Below are positions 1-8,597 of a stretch of DNA of 20,344 nucleotides, in pieces; within the stretch, counting starts at the first letter, position 1; every line of letters begins with the position of its first letter. This DNA comes from Oligoflexus sp. (GTDB lineage Bacteria > Bdellovibrionota_B > Oligoflexia > Oligoflexales > Oligoflexaceae): positions 1 to 20,344 of the forward strand of contig JBGSTX010000073.1 of NCBI GenBank assembly GCA_041736305.1. The letters are read 5' to 3'. The notes under the pieces are model-generated. The model was not told the origin of the DNA. It saw only the letters and a list, made by a program, of their open reading frames with translations, and searched no databases. The position numbers and the translations under genes are program-made.

Positions 1-1648
1 TGCCAGATTTAACATTACCCACAGCGAGATCAACGTCACCGCTGATAAAATGCCTTGCGCCGGTCGCATCCCAGAATTCCGAGTTGGTCGGGCTCGCGAT
101 GCGCGTGTGAAAGTTAGCTGCGGTGAGTCCCGTCGCGGTACCCGCGATGCTGAGGTCCATCGCTTTATAAGTGATAGTCGTAACGCAATCAGTCGAACCA
201 CCTGCTGAACAATTAGCCAGGGTTCCTGTTGCGCCGTTAACTGTATCAATCGCGCGAACATTAGCTGCACTCGGAAAGTCCGGACTGTAGGATGGACTTA
301 AGGTTGCACCCTGGTCACCATAAGTTCCACTCCCGATTAGAACGTTAGATGCCAAAGGCAAAGTTAGCGTCCCGGTTGAGCCTGAGCCTCCGGCACCATA
401 GGATGTTCCTGTTAAAACTTTAGCTACAGGTGGCAGAGTCAAGGTACCGTTAACTCCGGCCACGGTTTGACTAACTAGAATCTTGCTAGCCAAGCCTGTT
501 GTCAACGCAGCCGCATAAGTTGGACCGACGACAACGCAGCCTGTGGCACCATCGGCCCCGCAGTTGGTGTGAGTTTCAGAAGTTGCCGAACCTGAGATAC
601 CATGAATCACAACACCGCTGACAATATTCGTAGCAGAAAGATCCGCGTCACCTGTTACTTGATGCCGGGCACCTGTTGAGTCCCAGAATTCAAAATTGGC
701 AGCGGTTTTGAGGCTTGTATTGAAGTTAGTGGCATTTAGTCCTGTCGAGCTGTTGGAGCCGAGGGCGCTTAGATCGATCGATTTATAGGCGGTGGTGGTG
801 ACGCAACCAGTAGTGCCAGACGCCGAGCAATCCTGGAGAGTCCCTGCAATTCCTGCGAGCGTTAGAGACGTGCGAATCGCAGCCTTTCCGTTATCGATGT
901 CATCGTAGCTGATAGCTCTGAGGGGTTGAGTTGTAGCAGCATAGGTGCCAACGAAGCAATTCGAGCTATTGGCTGTACATTGTGTGCCCGCGTAGAAGGT
1001 GCCAGTGGCGACGCAGTTTTGAGAGCCGTTGGAACTGCAGTTGGGAGTACCCGAAGCACTTCCGGTGATCCCAAAAACCGAAACGCCAGTTTTGATATTG
1101 GCAACAGAAAGATTGCTGTCGCCGCTTACGCTGTGACGGGTTCCCGACGCATCCCAGAATTCGAAGTTGGTTCCGGAGCTAATTGCTGTATTGAAATTAG
1201 AAGCTGTGAGACCTGTCTCGCTTCCAGAGCCAGTAAGATTCATGGACTTATAGGTGGAGCTTGTTACGCAGCCGCTCTGATTAGCACCAGTACAGTTATT
1301 AAGAGTTCCTGTGGAACCATTTACCGTATCGCTAGAGTGCACATTGGCTAACGCAGGAAAATCGGGAGAATAGGTCGGCGTAATCTGGGCAGCAGAATCT
1401 CCGTAGACCGAAGAACCAACTAGCACACTAGAGGCTGCAGGCAAGGTCAGCGTCCCGCTCAGAGCATTACCACCGGCTCCGTAGAGGGTACCCGTGAGAA
1501 CCTTGCTCACAGTAGGCAGAGTCAGCGATCCGCTGATTCCGGCAATGCTTGAGCCCGAAAGTATTACGGAGGCCGTGACTCCGGACATCTTCGCCGCTTT
1601 GAAAGCTCCCGTGGTGATACACCCCGTCTGCCCATCGCTGCTACAGTC
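1..1648 (-). repeat. Intragenic protein-level repeats arranged B1-A1-linker-A2-B2-A3
   Basis: Module A lies at ~1061-1309, ~590-844 and 1-226 (truncated by the edge). Module B lies at ~1310-1648 and ~227-565 (339 bp each). The B+A unit recurs at an offset of 1083 bp (361 aa). Confidence 0.85.
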
Positions 1649-2668
1649 ACTGTAGAGAGGTTCCGCTACGGCAGCGGTCGCGTTACAGATCCGGGTACCT
1701 TCGAGCAGGTCACCATTAGCATTGTAATATTTTTGCCCTACGCAGACTTCGCTGGCTGGCAAAGTCATAAGAGGAAAATCACTGCTGCTTCCCGCATAAG
1801 CTAAGGCGAAGGAGCGTTCAACTCCGTCCTGGGCGAGAAAGATCGCACCGCTGCCCCGGCGAGGTGCCTCGTCGATGACTACCGTTAGAGCGGTATCACT
1901 CTGGATTTCAAGCTGACTAAGAGGCCGGCCTAGATAGGCTAGCTTGATGCCCGGTCGGAAATTGCTGCCCGTAATGCTTACCTTCTGGCCTTTGTAAGCG
2001 ATCAGGGGACTGATTCCCGCGATAGTCATCGACGGAAGTTCAAGCTGGGCACTCTTGCTCAGAATCTTGGTTTCCTGGGACGCTACCTTGATCTCCTCTT
2101 TCAATTCCACTTTAAGGCGAACGGCCTGATAGTTGCCAAAACCAAGCATCTTGAAGGTGGCCAGTGATTCGGCGACCTTGAAGTTGGCTGGCGGTATAGC
2201 ACCAATTAAAGTCTTACCATCGGCGTCAGTGATTTGATAAATGACGGCAAGAAAAGAACCGTCCAAAGCCAGTGAGCTGGACTCGGAGAGAGGTATGGAA
2301 ATTTCGAGCCGACCGATCTGCGTGAAGTCGACGGCGGCGTTGGCTGAAACATTGATCGAGGGTCCTGCTTGAGTCAGAGAAGTCTCGCCGATATTGAGCG
2401 CTGCAGCTGTCGCCGCATCCGTAATCGGTACGCCTTCCTCGATCTGTAGTTTGCCGCTCAGATCGGAGAACTGTGCTGGTATGGATATCTTAGCTGCTGC
2501 AGATTGATCATTCCTATCTGAGGAAAGGAGCAGCATAGGCTCTAGGGGTGTGCGGTAGTTAGCCGAGCCTGGCTTCTTCTGACAAGACAAAGCTATGAGA
2601 CTAAGGAGGGCCAGAGAGAGGAGCTTCTTTGCAAAAGCTAGGTCCCTTCGGTCTTGCATTTTTAGCAT
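1..2668 (-). CDS. Large surface lipoprotein with IPT/TIG-like domain and Cys-paired, tail-fibre-like internal repeats (partial; 3' end off the left edge)
   Basis: Hand translation of the - strand is open from ATG 2668 (GGAGG 6 nt upstream) to base 2 (889 codons). N-terminus MLKMQDRRDLAFAKKLLSLALLSLIALSC has a lipobox at Cys29. IAGISPLIAYKGQKVSITGSNF resembles an IPT/TIG domain. Ser/Thr/Gly-rich repeats follow: three copies of C-x7-CVT...EFWD..G.RH...GD.(D/N)L...N(I/V)..G and two copies of LTLP.V.KVLTGT.YGAGG...YSPDFP..ANV...DTVNG. Confidence 0.9.
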   Translation of the reverse strand, partial: MLKMQDRRDLAFAKKLLSLALLSLIALSCQKKPGSANYRTPLEPMLLLSSDRNDQSAAAKISIPAQFSDLSGKLQIEEGVPITDAATAAALNIGETSLTQAGPSINVSANAAVDFTQIGRLEISIPLSESSSLALDGSFLAVIYQITDADGKTLIGAIPPANFKVAESLATFKMLGFGNYQAVRLKVELKEEIKVASQETKILSKSAQLELPSMTIAGISPLIAYKGQKVSITGSNFRPGIKLAYLGRPLSQLEIQSDTALTVVIDEAPRRGSGAIFLAQDGVERSFALAYAGSSSDFPLMTLPASEVCVGQKYYNANGDLLEGTRICNATAAVAEPLYSDCSSDGQTGCITTGAFKAAKMSGVTASVILSGSSIAGISGSLTLPTVSKVLTGTLYGAGGNALSGTLTLPAASSVLVGSSVYGDSAAQITPTYSPDFPALANVHSSDTVNGSTGTLNNCTGANQSGCVTSSTYKSMNLTGSGSETGLTASNFNTAISSGTNFEFWDASGTRHSVSGDSNLSVANIKTGVSVFGITGSASGTPNCSSNGSQNCVATGTFYAGTQCTANSSNCFVGTYAATTQPLRAISYDDIDNGKAAIRTSLTLAGIAGTLQDCSASGTTGCVTTTAYKSIDLSALGSNSSTGLNATNFNTSLKTAANFEFWDSTGARHQVTGDADLSATNIVSGVVIHGISGSATSETHTNCGADGATGCVVVGPTYAAALTTGLASKILVSQTVAGVNGTLTLPPVAKVLTGTSYGAGGSGSTGTLTLPLASNVLIGSGTYGDQGATLSPSYSPDFPSAANVRAIDTVNGATGTLANCSAGGSTDCVTTITYKAMDLSIAGTATGLTAANFHTRIASPTNSEFWDATGARHFISGDVDLAVGNVKSG

Positions 2669-2959
2669 CGGCAGCCTCCGTAATCTTTTGCGAGCTTTTC
2701 CAGTAAGGAAGGGGGCTCGAACTAATCGTTGAGATGTTTACGGAGCTATCTGCCTAATTCTTAAATGCCGCATTTTTTCTGGTATAAGCCAAAGACTTGG
2801 CAGATAAAACGGCGATACTTTCGATGAGGAATACTGGCTGTTTCCAGATGTGAGGGATAGCTTTTAGCGGATTATGCCGCCCAAGGCCGATCTCCGGTGA
2901 GTTTCCCCCCCCCACCGCAATCAAAAGTCTGATCTTTTGCGTGGACTAGGCGATAAACA

Positions 2960-2987
2960 TTGACAAAAGCATCGATTTAAAGAAAAT
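2960..2987 (+). promoter_or_regulatory. Putative sigma70 promoter for the ATPase gene
   Basis: Perfect TTGACA at 2960-2965, 16-nt spacer, GAAAAT at 2982-2987, about 48 nt before ATG 3035. Confidence 0.4.
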
Positions 2988-3034
2988 GGTGATGCTGTCA
3001 CGAAATTAGATGTAATTTGGTGGAGAAGTCCCGA

Positions 3035-4180
3035 ATGTACAAAAGGTATCTTCAGCTGCCTGATATTATAAGAAAAAAGAGCGTTTTTCTCTTGGGTCCT
3101 AGACAGACTGGAAAGAGTACATTGTTACGCACTCAGTTTCCATCAGCACGCTACGTCGACTTACTAGAAGCCGATACTTTTCGTGAGCTGAGTGCGCATC
3201 CTGAAACACTGCGTCAAAGGCTGCAGCCTCATGAGACAATCGTCATCATTGATGAGATCCAAAAACTCCCTAGTTTACTGGATGAAGTCCAGCTCCTGAT
3301 TGATCGCAATAAAAGTCTTCGATTTGTCCTCACTGGCAGCAATGCACGTAAACTAAAAAGAGGCGCGGCAAATCTCTTAGGAGGTCGAGCTTACTTCATG
3401 AACTTCCATCCTCTTGTAAGTATTGAATTGGGAGGAGGGGCGCAGCGAATTCTGGATCGCTGCAACTACGGCAGTCTCCCGGGTATCATCGATGCGCAAA
3501 GACCTAAGACTGATCTAGATGCCTACGTTGGCATTTATCTGAAAGAAGAGATTCAGGCTGAAGCACTGACTCGATCAATTGAAAATTTTGCGCGTGTTCT
3601 AAATTTTTCAGCACAACTTAATGCGGAGCAGATCAATTACACGAAAGTTGGAAATGATGCAGGAGTCCCACCCAGAACCGTACGCGATTATTTTCAGATA
3701 TTTTCGGACACTCTGATTGCTCATATATTGCCTCCTTTTCAGAAGACGAGTAAACGCAAACCCGTTGCCACCGAGAAGTTCTATTTTTTCGATCTAGGTG
3801 TTGCGCGAAGCTTGGCCCGAGCAGGTGAAATTTCTCTGGAAACCTCAGCTTTTGGCAAAGCGCTGGAGCATCTTGTCCTGCTCGAGATTCTTGCTTACAA
3901 GGACTACAATTGGAAGAATATCGAGGTAAATTACTGGCGAAGTCAATCCAAAATGGAAGTGGATTTTGTTTTGAATGGGGCGATTGCGATAGAAGTTAAG
4001 GCGAGCGCTCGAGTCTCGCGTCAGGACCTTAAAGGTCTCAAAGCGTTGGAAGAAGATATTCCTCTCAAACGTAAAATTGTTGTGTGCAGTGAACCGGAAA
4101 GAAGGGTCATGGATGATATTGAAATCATTCCCTACCAGGAATTTCTTGACGATCTTTGGCAACACAGAGTCACTGAGTGA
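3035..4180 (+). CDS. ATP-binding protein, AAA_14 ATPase with C-terminal DUF4143 (PD-(D/E)xK-like) domain
   Basis: Walker A GPRQTGKST, Walker B IIDEIQ, LTGSN and LLGGRA motifs, KFYFFDLG, and C-terminal YWRS...EVDFV...AIEVK. ATG 3035 follows GGAG and is preferred over TTG 3017. Confidence 0.9.
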   Translation: MYKRYLQLPDIIRKKSVFLLGPRQTGKSTLLRTQFPSARYVDLLEADTFRELSAHPETLRQRLQPHETIVIIDEIQKLPSLLDEVQLLIDRNKSLRFVLTGSNARKLKRGAANLLGGRAYFMNFHPLVSIELGGGAQRILDRCNYGSLPGIIDAQRPKTDLDAYVGIYLKEEIQAEALTRSIENFARVLNFSAQLNAEQINYTKVGNDAGVPPRTVRDYFQIFSDTLIAHILPPFQKTSKRKPVATEKFYFFDLGVARSLARAGEISLETSAFGKALEHLVLLEILAYKDYNWKNIEVNYWRSQSKMEVDFVLNGAIAIEVKASARVSRQDLKGLKALEEDIPLKRKIVVCSEPERRVMDDIEIIPYQEFLDDLWQHRVTE

Positions 4181-4353
4181 CACTGCGGAGATATATATTC
4201 GTCCTGGGCAGTTCATTTGACCTAGTTATTTTTGGTTGATCAGCCTTCGTTTTCAGATCAATATGCGAAAAATGACTCGACCTTGGTGAGAGCAAGTTCT
4301 GCAGCTTTTTGCTATGCCTCCCTACAGTCGCCTTAATGGAGGTTCTTGACTCT

Positions 4354-5043
4354 ATGGATGAGAGCAGAAAGTCTCAGCAGTATTTCAGTCAGTTCGAAAA
4401 GTCCATACTGCAGGGCAGCGTACTCGATATTGGGGCAGGCAAAGACCCTGTTGTAGGCCACGCTAAGGTCTTTGACCTAGCCGATGGCGATGCCAATCAT
4501 ATTACGCAGTACGTGAAGCAGCAGTTCGACTGCGTTTACTCATCGCACTGCTTGGAGCATATGCAAGCGCCACGGGAGGCTCTGCAAGAGTGGTGGAAAC
4601 TGGCAAGGCCTGGTGGTTTTCTGTTTTTCATCGTACCAGATGAAGATCTTTATGAGCAGGGTCTTTTCCCGAGTCGCTTCAATGGTGACCATAAGCATAC
4701 TTTTACTATATCCAAGAAAAAGAGCTGGTCCCCGGTCTCCTACAATGTCCTAGACCTGGTGCAGACTCTTCCGGACGCTGAAGTAGTAAGCATCAGGTTG
4801 AATGACATCAACTACGATCGACGCTTCGATAAGCACGGCACCTTCAAAACCGGCTTTATGACCCGCTTTTTGCTAAGGCAGCTGGAAAGCCTCAAAAAGC
4901 GCAGTCTGAACGCATTTCCGCTCTCGTTTGAAGTGGGCCTTAAGAAGAGAGCGCTCATCGATCAGACCCGCGCAGAAGCCATGGCTCAGATCGAAGTCGT
5001 TCTCAAAAAGAAAGCGAGTCTAGGCCCGGAGGCCCGAGTCTAA
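4354..5043 (+). CDS. Class I SAM-dependent methyltransferase
   Basis: VLDIGAG (motif I), FDCVYSSHCLEH and LARPGGFL. GGAGG at 4339-4343 supports ATG 4354. Confidence 0.85.
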   Translation: MDESRKSQQYFSQFEKSILQGSVLDIGAGKDPVVGHAKVFDLADGDANHITQYVKQQFDCVYSSHCLEHMQAPREALQEWWKLARPGGFLFFIVPDEDLYEQGLFPSRFNGDHKHTFTISKKKSWSPVSYNVLDLVQTLPDAEVVSIRLNDINYDRRFDKHGTFKTGFMTRFLLRQLESLKKRSLNAFPLSFEVGLKKRALIDQTRAEAMAQIEVVLKKKASLGPEARV

Positions 5044-5054
5044 ATGTCTCAAGT

Positions 5055-6290
5055 TTAGCGTGCGATCTGCATAGTTGTGCAGTGAACCGCTCCACCTTTG
5101 GAGATGAGGCTGTCCGATTCGATCCAACGAACCTTCAAACCACTGTCCCGATATGCCTTCTGAACCGCCTGATTGTATGCCGCGGTGAAATCAGCATCGA
5201 TATACGCGCCATTGATACCATCAAGCTCGTTGTAAGGCTTCTTGTACTCGGGAACGAAGGCGGTACCATTGAGAATCAACGAGTTGGTATACGAGCGGAA
5301 TAAAATAAAACCGTCGCTAGCAAACGAGGGAGCCGGCATGGGAACTCGGACGACTTTGAAGTTGAGGGCTTCGATTTGCTTGATTCGCTCACTTAGGAAG
5401 TCTCTCACTTCCTGAACCTTTTTGCGCTCTTCGTCTGTATAAGCCTTCAAAGCCATAACATGGTCGGGAATTTCAGCCACCATGATGCTGCGATCATCGA
5501 GAAACTTAGCCCACAAATCAATATGCTGAGTCCCTTCCAAAGGCATTATTGGGAAAATATGCACGGTCTTGCAGCCGAAGAAGTCTTTGTAATAAGCGAC
5601 AATCTGCTCCTTCGATAAGATGCGGTCTCCCGGGAGTTCGTTCTTGCTATTGGCTCTTAAGACCTTTTCGGTCATCATGCAGTCGCCCTGAGTGTTGTTC
5701 ATAAAGTTGCCGCCCTCGGTGTAGATCGGCAAGCTTACTCGATCGAGAGACATCATGCGGGCCATCTCCTGGGGTACACTGTCGTCAGCTGGACGATCGG
5801 GGTAATAGTTCAAATCCAGCAGAACTTTTTTGCCATCTTGATCGCGCGCTGCGTAGGGACCAAAGTCTCGCGCCCATTCCCGCAGCTCTCCCGCAATTGG
5901 TTCGCGGAGGAGCTTGATTTTTTCTGCAGCCTTTCCAGCGGAACTTCGGAGTTGAGCGAGTTCCTCGGCTTCCTGCTTTGACGTGTAATCGTTAGGCACG
6001 ACGACCCACAGAGTGTCGATAGATTCCTGAAGAAAGGCTAGGGCCATATCCTCACGCTTATGCTCGGAGAACATCGTGTGCGACATGACGATACCTTCAG
6101 AAGGTTCGTGCTCAGCGATCACGTTCAACTTCCCTTTATACCGGGCCAGATTCTCTTCGTTAAAGTCTTCAAAGTGACCTTGCGATTAACTTTGGGTCGG
6201 CGAAGAGCAGGCCCCAAGGCCTAGCAGATTAAAGAGGCTTAAAGACGATAAGCAAACAAGAGCTGGGGACGCACCCTTCAAATTCCACAT
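5055..6290 (-). CDS. Agmatine deiminase / peptidylarginine deiminase family lipoprotein, interrupted by an in-frame TAA at 6186-6188 (possible pseudogene or base-call error)
   Basis: Catalytic motifs WARDFGP, EGGN, HID and GGAVHCTTMQ are intact in the 5055-6128 ORF. The same frame extends to ATG 6290 (GGAG upstream) and reads MWNLKGASPALVCLSSLSLFNLLGLGAC-SSPTQS*SQGHFEDFNEENLARYKGKLNVIAEHEP. Confidence 0.85.
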
Positions 6291-6692
6291 CAAAATCAAT
6301 CTCCACATTTACATTTACGGCAAGGACTAAGAATACCCTGTTTCGCGACAGTTCGGGTCCCATACTCAAGCTCTGTGCCAGCAAATTACTTGAGTAATAA
6401 TTGATCTTTTTGGGTCTTTACAAGGCTAGCGATGAGTGAAAAGGAAGTGAGTGTCCAAAATTTTAGCACTTTGCCTGAGCCCAAACTATTGAGCCAAGCT
6501 GTCGATCCAGACGATATAGATGTTTCGACGTAAAAACCTCGCAAAAATACGCCGAAAGTATAAAGAGTGCCGCCAGCCACCACTTACAGAAAAACCATTT
6601 TGTAAAAAATAGAAACCAGGATACAGCTTAAAAATCGGCCGTTTTCCTTGCATGAGCGACATTAGGTGGCAGCCATAATATTCGGGGGCAAA

Positions 6693-8555
6693 ATGAGTAT
6701 GGAAATTTTATATGAGCCTAAGGGGCGTCGCAGCTTTTTAAAATCAAGCGGGTCTTTGAGCTTAGGCGCTTGGGCCTTAGCGCAAAACTCCCCACTCTCG
6801 GCAGAAGCTGGCGAAAATCTGTCTTTTAATTACCCCAGCTCTATCCTCAATGCTCTTAGAGAAGAATTAGATATTCCACTCTATACGCTGCAGGGGAAGC
6901 TGCCGACAGATATCGCGGGCCACGCGTTTATCGTATCAGCCTTGCCTCAAGGCGACGGCAGTCCCGTGACAAATGGTGATGGTATGCTTTACCGCTGCGA
7001 CTTCGGCAGTGGTCCAAGCGGTGTCCAACTGAAGACTCGGATCGCCAAAACCCCTTGTTATTATGCCGACCAAGCAACAAAGGGAACTGCACTTGGGTTT
7101 AAGAACTCGGGTATCTTGCGGCGGAGCGATCGCCTTGGAGTTCGTAATCAGGTGAACACAGCTTTCACCTGTATGGGTTCCCGGCTTCTCGTCACTTTCG
7201 ATGGTGGCCGCCCCTATGAAGTCGATACGGAGACTTTGGAACTCGTGACGCCTGTTGGCAAGACCAGTGAGTGGACTACCGTAGTTTCGCCGCCTGCCAG
7301 TAATTTGCTTAAGCTGGTTTTCATGCCGTATCTCTCGGGTGCCCATCCCTTCTACGATGACTATACGGGCGAACTTTTCTTGGCTAACTATCAACCTGCC
7401 GTCCCGCTCTTGCCATCGAAGACCTTTCTCCTCCGTTGGGATGGGGAAGGCGAGCTTGAAAAATTTAAGGTTCAGGTCCAGGGCAAGGACGTAAAGATCG
7501 CGCAGAGCATGCACCAACTGGCGGCAACTAGAGATCACATCATCCTGGTCGATACAGCGTTTCGCATCGAGTTAGAGCAAATCATCTTTACCGAATCGCT
7601 ACAGCGAGAGCTCTGGGATACCACCCTCTACCTTATTCGGCGCGCTGACCTCAAAAAGGGTCAAACGACGGTCGAAGCTCGCAAAGTTCTCATTCCCAGG
7701 GAAATTGCCCACTTCGTGGCTGACTACGACGACAGCTCTGGGCAGATCATTCTGCACCTCACGCATAGCGCCGCCTGGGCAACCTCAGAGTGGCTGCGGA
7801 AAAGCGATAAAGAGGTTCACAGTGGACAGGCCATGCGCAAGGATCTACAGGGGATGCTGGTCATGGCTAGCGATATGACCCCGATGGCTCGCTATGCTCT
7901 CGATGCGGCGACCGGAGAAATCAAGGAGGCCACTCTCCTCTATGATGAACAATTAACTTGGTCGGTAAACCTCTACACCCATCAGGGCAGTACAGTCGAT
8001 CGCTTTGAAAACATGTACTGGACCTCAGTAGGCTTTCACCCCGAGCTCCTGCCCAAGCGCATTTACGATCTCGAAACGTCTTATAAGTACCGCAAAGTAC
8101 CTACTAAGGACTTACCCTTCGCTGAAGCCAAGCCAGCTAGTCTATTTCGAGTCAATGCTCGCCAACTCGATAAGCAGAATCTGGACGCCTATATCTTCCC
8201 CAGAGGTCGCGTGGTCAGTTCTCCGATCTTTGTACCTGCAGCTGGTTCTAAGAGCTCGGACGGCGGTTACGTGGTGGTGAGCGTGGTCTCCGATGACAAG
8301 TCACTTGTTCGCTCCTCAGGCGATGAATTATGGATCTTCGATGCTCGGAGCCTGGCCGATGGACCCGTCTGTCGACTGGGACACCCCCTATTGAGCTTTG
8401 GCTATAGTCTGCATACCGCTTGGCTGCCAGAGGTCCAGGCCCGCACTGCGGGCTATAAAATTTCTCCGCGCGAGGATTATTCCTTAGCCTTGGCCAGTCA
8501 GAGGCGGGATGTGGTCGAGCTGTTTGAGAAGTCAGTGTTTCCCATGTTTGATTGA
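6693..8555 (+). CDS. Carotenoid oxygenase (RPE65/lignostilbene dioxygenase) family protein with twin-arginine signal peptide
   Basis: NGDGM, NTA, GRPYEVD..TLE, and four candidate Fe-ligand His in SGAHP, SMHQLA, IAHF and SLHTAW, plus SSPIFVP. The N-terminus carries GRRSFLK...AEA. Start could be 6666, 6693 or 6699. Confidence 0.85.
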   Translation: MSMEILYEPKGRRSFLKSSGSLSLGAWALAQNSPLSAEAGENLSFNYPSSILNALREELDIPLYTLQGKLPTDIAGHAFIVSALPQGDGSPVTNGDGMLYRCDFGSGPSGVQLKTRIAKTPCYYADQATKGTALGFKNSGILRRSDRLGVRNQVNTAFTCMGSRLLVTFDGGRPYEVDTETLELVTPVGKTSEWTTVVSPPASNLLKLVFMPYLSGAHPFYDDYTGELFLANYQPAVPLLPSKTFLLRWDGEGELEKFKVQVQGKDVKIAQSMHQLAATRDHIILVDTAFRIELEQIIFTESLQRELWDTTLYLIRRADLKKGQTTVEARKVLIPREIAHFVADYDDSSGQIILHLTHSAAWATSEWLRKSDKEVHSGQAMRKDLQGMLVMASDMTPMARYALDAATGEIKEATLLYDEQLTWSVNLYTHQGSTVDRFENMYWTSVGFHPELLPKRIYDLETSYKYRKVPTKDLPFAEAKPASLFRVNARQLDKQNLDAYIFPRGRVVSSPIFVPAAGSKSSDGGYVVVSVVSDDKSLVRSSGDELWIFDARSLADGPVCRLGHPLLSFGYSLHTAWLPEVQARTAGYKISPREDYSLALASQRRDVVELFEKSVFPMFD

Positions 8556-8597
8556 TGCTTCTATCAATTAGTACGAAATTTTCACGAAGGAAGATAT

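Noticed and set aside
862-1351. ORFs 862-1104 (-) and 926-1351 (+)
   Set aside because: Alternate-frame and antisense shadows of the large lipoprotein gene.
6386-6583. 65-aa minus-strand ORF in the divergent intergenic region
   Set aside because: Short, GTG start with no clear RBS, and no recognisable motif.
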